A stretch of DNA of 40,003 bases from Guillardia theta CCMP2712 (taxonomy: Eukaryota; Protista; Cryptophyta), in the NCBI RefSeq assembly GCF_000315625.1, contig NW_005434664.1, forward strand, positions 813,603 through 853,605, written 5' to 3'. A program made the translations under genes and the position numbers. How positions within the stretch are numbered: position 1 is the stretch's first letter; the number at the start of each line of letters is the position of its first letter. Positions 11,901 to 22,446 of this stretch are shown piece after piece. The notes below the pieces were generated by a model that saw only the letters and a list, made by a program, of their open reading frames with translations, made no database searches and was not told the DNA's origin.

Positions 11901-14091
11901 GTCTCAGGCGTTCCTTACCCCCATGTCGTCGTACAAGCAGGAGCACTCTCCGGGCACCGTCTGGTTGACGTAGATGGTCCGGTTGACGTAGATGGTCCTA
12001 TCGACGTAAGTTGTGCGATTTACGTAGATAGTCCTGTTTGTGCACTCGGAACATTCAATCGGCGTATATACAGTATTGTTGATGTATATTGTCCGATTTA
12101 TGTAAACAGGAACCTCAACCTGTGGAAGAATTCAACATGTTTTCGAAATCGACAATTGTTTCACCATAACGTATATCTCTTTGACAATTGTACGATTAAC
12201 AACTATGGTGGTGTTTTGGCAATTCGCAGGCTGTTGAACTCACTTAGTCTCAAGAATATGACAGCTCTCTGAGGAGATATTTTACCTGACATTGAGGACA
12301 ACCACCTGCACTGTTTGTGGTATTCTGCAAGGGAATCTGATTCAACAATGAAATTCAGTTTACATCAACAAAAATACAAACAAAAACTTCAAAACAATAC
12401 AATCAAAGCAGGGGTTCAACAAAGGAAGTCTCAAGCACTAGGACAATACTCACATATCCTAAATTAACAAATGGAAGATTATCGCCCATATCAGACAGTA
12501 GTTTTCCTCGTGGAACTTTATCCCCTAGTCCAAGTTGTCCATCAGAGTTGAATCCCCAACATTTGACCGAATTGTCCGTGAATACTGCACATGAGTGGTA
12601 TGGAAAGACATAAACGTTTTGGATTACAAGCCCAGTACCCAAGTTTGTAAAGGATTGTGGAACTGCACTCCATGAAACGCTTCCCAATCCCAGCTCTCCG
12701 TCATCGTTGATTCCAAAACACTTGATCTTTCCACAGTCAAATAAAACGCATGTAGATGACCAGGATGTTGAGATATCCACCACGTTACAAGTTGTAGAAA
12801 AGTTTAGATCGGGAAGGTTCTGTGCACAGAGTCAACTAGGTTCATGAAACGAAAGCAAGGTGAGAATACCTTCAAATCAGTTGATTTTACAGATGACGGA
12901 TAGCCTGTTTGACCCTGTAAATTCATGTGTTACTGATCATGATGGTGATCCCATGAAATTCACCTTTGCATTGTAGCCCCAGCATCTTACGTTATTTGTG
13001 CTAGTTTGAGCACACCCCGAGACGTCTCCAACACTGACCTTGGAAATCGTCAAGCTTCCCACATCCACATCTGAAGTATAAGACAACAATGCTACAGCCC
13101 AACTGTATCCTGCCATTATGACGTTGTATGTGGAACCACCATTGTAACCCCAACACTTCATCTCACTATCGGCAGACAAGGCACAAACACTTGCTTTTCC
13201 CATCGAAATTTGAATAGGTTCGAAGCCCAGATCAAGATCAGGCAAATTGTCACCCATATCACCAGCCTGCAGGAGAGAAAGAAATCAATAAACAAGAGTA
13301 TGAAGTCATTTCCAACCTGATCACCAATTGCATTCCAGTTCCAACCATATCCCAATTGATAATTTGATCCTTCTCCCCAACACTTCGCCTGCTTTCATGT
13401 ATCAGAATACATCACTGATGAGATATCGTCCAATATAAAATTTGACCTTGCCGTTCGTGAATATTGCACAATTGTAGTTCTAGAAGGATGACGTCACCTT
13501 CTAGAGCTTGCAAACTAAAGAAGTACCTCGTTGGAGAAAATCTTGGAAGCAAAATACCAACTCCCGAGTTTGATTCGCGGTATTTGTGATGGAACCGATG
13601 AAGGTGACCGCCCTAAAGTCTGCGTATTCTCCTGACCTAGTTGACCGTAATCGTTTGCTCCCCAGCATCGGACGGAACCGTCTTCAAACAAGGCACATGT
13701 GTGCTTCCATCCAGCCGAGATATCCTTTGCCATCGCCGGAAGGTCCAGGAACGGAAGGTTGTTCCCCATCTCATTGCTTGAATCCCCAACAGAGTTTGAA
13801 TGTCCTAGACCGAGCTGCCCCTTGTCGTTCAACCCCCAGCACTTGATCCGGCCGATGGAAAACAACGCACAGGTATGCGCGGTACCCCCAACCATCTTCG
13901 TAATGGTATACTGCGGATCGATTTAGTAAAGAGGACATTCACATTGAAAGAAGATGAATCACATTCGTCGATGACGGCTGATTGCTACGCAACGAAGAAG
14001 CGGTAGAGCCTGCATCCTGGGACTTCGAGCAGAACCCGCCTTCTCCCAACAAGCTCACAACGACGATGAGCTTCCAGACACTCCGCAACAT
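8986..14091 (-). CDS. Type I membrane protein: signal peptide, RCC1/BLIP-II beta-propeller repeats, N-glycosylated NRTIYV/Cys repeat stalk, SEA-like domain, TM helix, cytoplasmic tail
   Basis: Leader MLRSVWKLIVVVSLLGEGGFC (ATG 14091; alternative 14169). Repeats such as HTCALFSIGRIKCWGLNDKGQLGLG..MGNNLPFLDL and HSCAVFTDNSVKCWGFNSDGQLGLG lie in exons 12430-13910. Repeat exons occupy 10260-12230. The last exon has VLISVSVTL..NNRRATSIEV..AVNQALQDRGLPVA, then TM FPAVVTGVVLGGVLLAVLCFFGF and a stop at 8986. Confidence 0.85.
10477..11998 (-). repeat. About 2.8 tandem copies of a 536-569 bp unit (two exons + two introns), with a nested 18-bp repeat (NRTIYV)
   Basis: Near-identical blocks begin at 10512, 11081 and 11617. 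The 33-bp length difference equals one extra 18-bp codon unit plus a 15-bp intronic duplication. Confidence 0.95.
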
Positions 14092-14844
14092 GTGGGGAGC
14101 AGGCTTGAGGATGTCTCTATGTGCGATATGTGAGGGATCGAAGTTTCTCCTCATCCTCTCAGCTGCCATCCCGCATGTTCGCTCCTCCTCAAGATATCGT
14201 AGGCGACATGGCGCCGGAATAGAGCCCCCACCAACTTTCCTTGAGCGAGCTTCAGGGTGGGTGATTTTACCCCAGCAAGCGGGGGACTATGAAAGGGGGG
14301 GTAGTCGACCCCAAATCATTTTTGTAGTTTGCTCCTTTCCTTCAAATTAATAAGATTATTGCATGAATTCTAAAACGGTTATAAATAATTAGGATATGAT
14401 AAATAGTACAATGGTATCGTTGAAAATGGAGGAATTACCGTACCATATTGAGTACGATTCTTTTCAATCAGGTACAAATATCCATCAATAATTATATTGT
14501 AGAGACCAACCAGTAGTATTCATTTGTACCAATCTCGTGGAAAAGCAATGGAATCTCCTACTCCTTAACTGTACCGGAACTTTCGGAGTATCAGTTTTAG
14601 CAGTTTACCCCTACCATTCTAACCGTGCCCCCCCCCGGACCCCGTACTACTACCGGTACTACTAGTATTTTTTACTACTAGTTTGCCGGAAGCCTGAACC
14701 ACCTGGTCACGTAGAGACGTTGGCCGGGACAAGACGTACTACTCTTTTTACTCAACGCGCTCCTGATTGTTCTCGTGGTACTGATTTTTTCACTTTTCAC
14801 TACTACGTGACTGCTCGTTTACTCAAAGTTAAGTTAAAAAATCA

Positions 14845-15345
14845 TGTCAGCCTGGTACGAGGCCCGTGACTCAATCCGACTAGTGACTGGCACGTGACAC
14901 CTGACTCACTCAAGACTCTTCATCAGGCTTCCGGGGAGTCCGACTGCCAGGCTGAGCCTCCCTCAGTGAATCCGAGACCGCGGGGGCCCCGGACCGTTGA
15001 CCGTCGACGGTCACGGTCGGCCGCCGCCGGGCCCTTCGGCGGTCGGAACTCGCCGGGGTGTGACTCAGTGACATCATGATTCCGAAGTTCGGACCGTGCC
15101 AACACTGCTGAGTCAGGCTGGCGGCCCTCCGAGGCCCCAGGCTGCGGCCGCGCCGGACTCCCGGCCGCGCCGGAGCCTCAGGCATGACTCAGTGATCGCC
15201 GGATCATCGGATGATCATGGGCCGATGGCATCACCCGGTGACCGGCCGGCCCGGCCCCGCCGCGGCCTGAGAGTCTCCGCCGACGAGTACGGTCCGGTCA
15301 CTCAGATTACGGTAGCCTGGGGTACCGTTGATGCCGGCGGCTGAC
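14845..15345. promoter_or_regulatory. GC-rich palindromic intergenic island with clustered TGACTCA/TGAGTCA motifs between divergent genes
   Basis: TGACTCA/TGAGTCA at 14867, 14902, 15061, 15109 and 15185, with CCGGCCGG/GGGCCC palindromes. Regulatory function is inference. Confidence 0.4.
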
Positions 15346-15434
15346 AAACTAGAGTTTGAACCGACCCCGGTATGGCAGACTCGGAGACAATGGCAAGAGC
15401 CTCTGGATGGCAATAGATTGCTATTGTAGGAAAG

Positions 15435-17123
15435 ATGGAAGGGGAGAAGGATATACCGATGACTAGTAGGTTAGTTGCCAGCCTGACTTACTCATGTGAG
15501 AGCGACGGGACACGATCTGACTGATGAATTGCGGTTTCAAATAGCGTTGACCTGTGTCAAGATGAGGAGAAACGGAGATGCATGTTCACGGTTGGTTGCA
15601 AGAACGTGGGCAAGCACACTTGCTAGTGTTCTAACACATCCCTTCCTTGTGATCTTGTGTTTCATAGCACACACATGATATGACAATAACATTGAATGTG
15701 AAGAGTATTGCTTTTCTACACATCTTCGATAGAGCAAGGAATCCTCCCCAGCATCCTGGCTGCTCACGCTGTGTACACGCTGTGTGTGTTGTGAGAACTC
15801 CTTTCCACAGGCCATGACGACACGGTCCCGTTTCCTTGGAGGCCGGGAGAGGTCCCCCGACATGGAAGAAGATTTCGAGTCCTCGCCTCACGGGAGACAT
15901 GCAAGCTTTCTGGGGCGATGCCCTTGTCCTCCGGCTCCTAGTGAAGTTGAGGTGATCAGCAAGGAAAACCTGCAGGCTGTACTCACTGATCCAGTACAGC
16001 GTGCGGAAGCAGCTACAGCGACAACCAACAAGCCCTTGAGTTTATCCAACGTGTTCAAGCATGCTAAAGGTGACTTGACTGCGCTTCCTTGACTTGACGC
16101 TCATCCGGAAATCAGCGGAACAGGAGCTATCCTCAGGTCAAACAGAAAAGAGAAGCCCCTTGAAACCATTGCAGTATAATTTCAATGACATAATCAACGT
16201 ACACAGCAGAAAGAATAGATTACAATCGCCGATGAAGAAGGTTCTGAACTTGTCTTTATTGCAAACCTGAAACTGACACATTCATTCTGATTTTCGATCA
16301 ACAACTGCAACTTTGAATGGAAACATCAGGACAAGAATCCAGCCAAGGACGATCTGATAAGCCTTTCCAGTGCGCGTTGCTCCAAGTGCAACGAGCTGAT
16401 CACATGTGACAAACAAGAGATCAAAGGTGGCAGGATACCATCGGCATCTAATCACGTTAATCAGGCTGCCCTGCATGCCATCAGAGTACATCGGGAACAA
16501 AGTCGATTCCGACACCTCGAAAAGGCAAACGCCTCTCATTCGAGTGTGTGGAATGCGGAGCGGAGAACGACAACGTGAGTATTCTTTCTTAATAGAATTT
16601 CCTGATCAGGTAACGTGAAACCATCTCAGAACTTCAAGTCTTGTCAGATCTGCGGTGCAGAATCGCTCAGAGCCAGTCCATCGACGAGCCGATCTCAACT
16701 CAAACAAGAATTGAACCGGTTTATCCCTTAACATGCGTCAAAGACAAAGATTGCTAGTGGTTCAGGAAGTTACTTTTCTCCGCAGCGCTCAAAGCCATAT
16801 TCTGCACTTGCAGAGGGAACTTGCTTTAAAGAGCGCAGAGATCCAGAGGCTCAAGATGGAGAAGGTCTTCTGACCACGACTAGTTCACCTCGGTGCCTGA
16901 CACATACTTTTGGCAGAGATTGTTAGCAGAGGAAGAAGAGAATCATCAATCGAACGGGTTCCTTTCTCTGCATCAATGTCGTTCTTTTTCATCGATCCAC
17001 AGGAGCTCGTTAACGAGCACCAACAACGCGAATGAGAGAGGAGATTGGGCGTTAGGTGATATCTGCGAAATTTAGACACAAGCAATGGCTAATCTGCACG
17101 CAGGTGTTATTCCGATGTTTTAG
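15435..17123 (+). CDS. Hypothetical multi-exon protein with C-terminal coiled coil
   Basis: Chain of small GT-AG exons: MEGEKDIPMTS, VDLCQDEEKRRCMFT ... ELALKSAEIQRLKMEK | RLLAEEEENHQSNG | SSLTSTNNANERGDWAL | GVIPMF* (TAG 17121-17123). The middle exons are uncertain. Confidence 0.45.
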
Positions 17124-17193
17124 AAACTCTCTATCTGTTGTGTGCTGGTCACGAATTTGCTACCACCCCCTACTTGAAACCATCATCCTACAC

Positions 17194-17720
17194 TACATTG
17201 CCTAAATCCCATGAGATTGTAGAAGCAGCTACGCATTTCAAGCTGCGTTGTTGGAATTGTCCCACTTGGCACCTGGGAGACTATGTAAACCATGATTTCT
17301 CCACTACCTTGCAATTAGACTTCTCACCAACGCGCTTGAAGTTTTTGAATGTCGCCAGCCCTGTCTTCCTATTCTCGGACCTGCCGAACAGACATCAACA
17401 CATCAACCAGAGCCAATCCGATTACATCACCACAGATGTGAAAATCCCGAGGCAGCACATGTTCCTTCCATCCAGTTTGTTCCAAGGGACTTCGGCGATT
17501 CCTCGCAACTGGTGATTCCACCGTAGGCCTTCTCTATCTTGAAGTAGGATAGAGTCTGAGAGTGGTAGATGTCAGGCTTCAGCAGAGCAACTGGCATGCA
17601 GAACACAATCAAACTATCAAGCAGGTGGATCAAACTAAATGAGCGAAATAGTGTCTAGTAAAGACAAGTCCGTTCCTTTCAATACTTGTCATGGCCCTTG
17701 AATGCAACCAACACTCGCAT
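17194..17720 (-). CDS. Possible small hypothetical protein (multi-exon)
   Basis: Exon-like segments IEKAYGGITSCEESPKSLGTNWMEGTCAASGF, SENRKTGLATFKNFKRVGEKSNCK and VPSGTIPTTQLEMRSCFYNLMGFRQCSVG* have AG/GT boundaries. Start and end are approximate. Confidence 0.3.
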
Positions 17721-18317
17721 CATTGGTTCATCTTCTTGTTTGAATCTTCTCTATACCCCCGCCTCCTGTTTCGAGTTTCATCTGCAACTTTCTTTACCTG
17801 GAACATGTCGCCGTTCGCTCTATTTCCGTCGTCCCCCCTCATCCCCCACACGATCGGACGGTCACGCCAGATCACTGTGATCATCGGATCTCAGTGCCGG
17901 GCGCCCGGCCGCCACGCCGCCGGGCCGGGCCCAGGACTCGGAGTCAGAGGGGCGCGACGGTGAGCGGCGGTGAGCGGCAGGGCCGCCGGTCCGACGGTCC
18001 GGGCGACCGCTGACCCAGGCGGCCGGGCAGCCGCCGGCACGATCCGGTCACGCCCGCCACTAGCCATCCGATGGCCCCTCCGAGTGACTGTTTCAGTGCA
18101 CTGACTACGTTACTAGTCACAGTGACTCGGATGATCCGAGTGACGGCGCCGGACCGTACCGTACGGTAGTACCGTGACTTCAAGCCTGAGGCCGGGCTTC
18201 TACTGAGTCACGGCATATTGAAGGACTAAACTTCGGAATCAAGTCACTGGCTTTGAGTAAAGCAACTGGCTTGCACGGTACCGTATTCACTTGAACGGGT
18301 CACCGGGTGCAACTGAG

Positions 18318-19608
18318 TTAATGTCGAACGAATCTCGAGAGCGTCAGTCCGACTGAGTTCCACAATGTTCCAAGGAGTGAGCACTGCAGCTTCGAGCTTA
18401 ACTGCTCGTCCACTCCTGCCCGCTTGAAGTTCTCAAAGACTTCACGAGCATGTGCAGGAGACATGCAGGCTCCGAAGGGAAAGCCGAGAAAGGGAGGACC
18501 ATGAAAGACGACATATCTGCTCGGGAATAGCACTGCAGGCTTCACCGCTTCCCGGGTCATGCCATAAGCAGTCAGCACGAACCAGACCGGAGCACGGATC
18601 AGAATCCTTGTGTAGCAAAGCAATGTCAATGAGAGACAGTCATAAACGCAACACTCACATGATCAGGACGACCAGACTCATCACAACTCCGTTCTCGCAA
18701 GCATTCTTCCTCGATGAGTCGCAGACGCCACAAGTACTGGGGATAGCATTGATACGCAGACTCTCTCGAAGAAAGTCTGGTGTATGCAGTCTTGAGCTCG
18801 ACGATGGACAGAATGCTCCTATCTCTGGGGGTGATGTTTGTGTTCCGCTGTTTCCTCCTCCTGTCGTACCCATACTGCACTTCGTGCATGTGTTCACTAG
18901 GATCAACACAATCATAACAAGGATGGCGATCAAGACGTGATAGCTGAAGTATATGATTTGCCACCTCATTGTTTGGGGGCCGTGTTGGGGCTGTCTCCAG
19001 AAGTATCTATTAGCTGGACGGTTGTTGAATGCAACAATCAGCGACAGGATGAAAGTGAAAGCTGCCAATCCAACTGTGTTCTGATATTGAGACATGTCCA
19101 GGGCCTTCATTGCGTTGTAGGTGGTAGAGAAAGTCAGGATCTGGAAAAGGCACAGGAACAATTCCGAGATGAAATTGAATTTGATCAACGTGACACTCTC
19201 GAACGACGTCGAAAGCTGATGTGCCTTCCCGAACATCACGGAAGAGGTGACGGATGAGAACGACCGGTTCCGGTAAGTGAAGCCTTGACAAGACGAGACG
19301 AACGTAGTGGCACGTATCATGAACATGTACGACCTGAGCTCAACCGGGCAACTGCTGGGACTTTTGCGATGAATTTTCAGGTGCGCGACCCCCTTGTCGA
19401 TTTCCAGGGTGTCCAAGAAGACACTGAGCTCTAATTCTTTCTCAAGTTCGGCGATAGGTTCTTGGGTCGTTGTGGTACCCAACTTCCCAAGACCGCTCTC
19501 GTTCTCAAGATTGATGGTGTGAGCACTCTCCGATGCAATGGCTGCCGAACCTGACGGGTCCACGCTGCCCGGCAGGGGCGTGTTGCTCAGTGGCGCATCG
19601 TACATCAT
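18318..19608 (-). CDS. Hypothetical multi-pass membrane protein (2 exons: 19608-18659, 18606-18318)
   Basis: The 317-aa ORF joins the 3' ORF in frame through a 52-bp GT-AG intron (AT|gtgagt..caag|G). It has about four hydrophobic segments and a Cys-rich loop (CTKC..CGVC..C). Confidence 0.75.
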
Positions 19609-19784
19609 GCTGCAGAGAATAGAATCAATAAAATTGAAGGACCGGATGTTTGTTCGATGTGAAGGATTTGAATAGCGTGAAGAGGGAATAGGGAAAGAGC
19701 AGCTAGCTCTGTGGTGGCTGAAACGATGTTGAAGTGTCTCCGAGTGTCAGTGTGAGCCTAATCGGAGACAAAGGCGATGAGTGT

Positions 19785-19990
19785 AGAGAAGAGAAGAGAA
19801 GAGAAGAGAAGAGAAGAGAAGAGATGAGACGAGACGAGATGAGACGAGACGAGATGAGACGAGACGAGATGAGACGAGATGAGATGAGACGAGATGAGAT
19901 GAGACGAGATGAGACGAGATGAGATGAGACGAGATGAGATGAGATGAGATGAGATGAGATGAGATGAGATGAGATGAGACGAAATGAGAA
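19785..19990. repeat. Pentanucleotide microsatellite GAGAA/GAGAC/GAGAT
   Basis: About 40 pentamer units of mixed type. Confidence 0.95.
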
Positions 19991-21029
19991 GAGAAAACAT
20001 ACGTAGGAGAGGTCGAGATGAAGGGTCTGATAGATCAGAGGGTTGGTGAGCAGGGGTAAGAAGCAGGTGTCTTAGTAGCGCCAGGGACTCCCCGCGGGGG
20101 GCGGAGGCGGTGGGAGTCGGATAAGACGTTGGGGATCGTACGCTTTCCGAAGCTTGGCTACACCCGGTTGTGTGGAACCCCCACCCCCTCTTTTTATAAA
20201 GAACACTGGTAAATCACCCCTCCCCCGACGCAAATCAGTACGATAATGACCCTGCTGCCATCGGGGTTCATCAGCCTACAACCTACGGCCCTACATTATG
20301 ACTGCCCGGCACGGTGACTCGGGCCGGGCTTCAAGTTACTACCGCGGCCTGCCGCGGAAACTCAGTGACTCCCGGGCCGGCTGGTGACCACCACGGGCCA
20401 TGGTAGATTCAGCTGGGGCTGTCACAGTGTGGACATTCCGGGCCAGGTGGATACCGTCGACTGCACTGCGGCATGACTCAGACTGTCGGAGCGGAGCTCA
20501 GCTGCTCGGAGACTGCGGCCGCACGGCAATCATAGTCACTCATTGTAGCCTGAGGCTGCCATCTGATGCCGAGTTCCAACGTGACTGAGGCGCGTACACC
20601 GCTGCCGCGGCGCTCAGCTGGGCCGCTGACGATGATTGAGTCATGATCATGACTGAGCCTGGCAGTGATTAACATGCCGCTCAACTTGGACCTTCAAAGT
20701 ATGCCGCTAATCCTCAAGGCGGCCGCGCATTCAAGACTGTCACCGTCCGATGATGCCAGTGGGCGACATGGTATGAATATCATAGTATCCCATTGAAGTT
20801 AACCGCGTTCATATCAGACCACAGACATATTAAACTGCTTTTCGATGCGATGCGATACGATGGATATCAGAACCAATACTGCCAGCATCAAGACTCTAGT
20901 ACAGTACGGTGTATGATGCACGGGGTATCACTGCATAGTAATGGAAAGTCATCATGGAAAATGGAACTAACCGAAGAAGTAGATTGCATACTGAAAGATT
21001 CTATTTGTTTTACACGGCAAGTGAGCCAT

Positions 21030-21845
21030 CTAATGGAAAATTTCTCTCATTTCTCCATTGCTCAAGAGCACTGCTTCATTGTACAGCTTCAAATCTGCGA
21101 ATCAAAATGAGTACAACCACCGAAGCATCAACAGCCTCACCGAAATTGTTTCCAAAATCAGTAGACCTGATCTCAGTGACTGAGCGATCGTTATTGACTG
21201 TTCCATACACCTCCACGAATTCTGAGCCGTAATGTCTTGACGACGAGGAGCGGTCGATAGCAATGTCGCCTCCATCGGGTCCTTCAAGGTGTACAAACTG
21301 ACCGTTCTGGGCACCCTTCACCCGACCTACAACAAGTACATTGCGGCCCACATGCTAAAGAAATCAATTCAGCTGATAGTATAATTGTTGAAATCTGTTG
21401 AGTAAGTTTCTGACGAGATCATTGATTCCTAACTAATCTGTTGCCATTGATACACCCTCCTTTAGCATGGATCCAACCAATCAAGTCCCTCCACATCTCG
21501 CCACGAAACTCCGTTTGTCTTATACTCAGCAATAAATTCGATTTATATCTATCAATTGCTTCCAATCATCCCATATCAAATCTTATTTCATTAAGACCTT
21601 CATACATCCTATACATCTCTTATTTCATTGTCTTCTGTTTCTTTTCTCGCCTACCTCGTCTTTCATTTTCAACCTACTCTATGCTCTCCTGAACTCCATT
21701 CCGTGCTGCCCTGTGCTGCCATGAGCTCCTGCCATGAGACAGTGTGCTCTTCTGTCCTCTCCTCCCTCCAGTGTCCTCTTCTGTCCTCTCCTCCCTCCTC
21801 TCTCACCTGTGCAAGAATCTGCGTGTTGACTCGCGCTCCCTCCAT
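21030..21845 (-). CDS. RPA3: Replication protein A 14 kDa subunit (exons 21845-21807, 21354-21141, 21094-21030)
   Basis: Spliced product MEGARVNTQILAQ-HVGRNVLVVGRV..LEGPDGGDIAI..FVEVYGTVNNDRSV..STDFGNNF-DLKLYNEAVLLSN..IFH* matches the RPA14 OB-fold signature (RVN..l..y.G..V..vG.V; vEV.G.V; fg..FD..lYn). Confidence 0.92.
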
Positions 21846-22273
21846 TGCCCGTCAAAGCGCGGGAAGCTGGGGACCCACCCGCTTTGAGCCCTCCAGATAA
21901 CCACCTACCCTACCCACTGCTGTAGACACCCACTACTCATATATCTTTGAACCCCCTTTCCATAGGAAATGGTCATGACCACTACCCCCTTGTTCATATG
22001 AATGACACCCCACCCCCTTCTCTGAATAAGAACCGCACCCGCCTCATCAATTCTCTTTCTTCCATACCTCAATGATTCACAAAATTAGTATCCAAAACTT
22101 TACTCAAGTATTTATTCTATTGCATATTCACCTATAAAATGTTTTTGTGATTTCTACAATGTTTTAAAGTCTGACATACAATTACTTTTACAATAGCTGT
22201 AGGGCACGGAAAATCTTTGTTGCTGAAATGCGCTTTCGGTGATGGACACGCGAGCATCAGTGACAGCAGAGGA

Positions 22274-22316
<43 letters not shown>

Positions 22317-22328
22317 TCAGGAGCAGGA
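22274..22328. repeat. (GCAGGA)n hexamer repeat
   Basis: About 9 units upstream of the LCCL gene. Confidence 0.9.
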
Positions 22329-22446
22329 GAACCAAGATTTTGTGGCGCACGCAGAGACCCGACCCACTTCAAGGTGGAACGAGCTACACTCATCCATCAG
22401 CAACTGATTCGATGGTGAGATAGAAGCTTGAACGGACTGCTGCAGG

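Noticed and set aside
10512-11973. Three plus-strand Pro/Ser-rich ORFs (MVLFTHSDAF..)
   Set aside because: Antisense shadows of the repeated minus-strand exon/intron unit.
10477-11998. CRISPR-like or mobile-element interpretation of the repeat array
   Set aside because: Whole units, including the 'spacers', are near-identical, and they translate as exons of the RCC1 gene. The context is eukaryotic, with no cas or transposase gene.
21362-21428. Possible C/D snoRNA in RPA3 intron 1 (AATCAAT/ATTGATT terminal repeat, CTGA box D on the minus strand)
   Set aside because: Box C reads ATGATCT (two mismatches to RTGATGA), and I recognise no rRNA-complementary guide.
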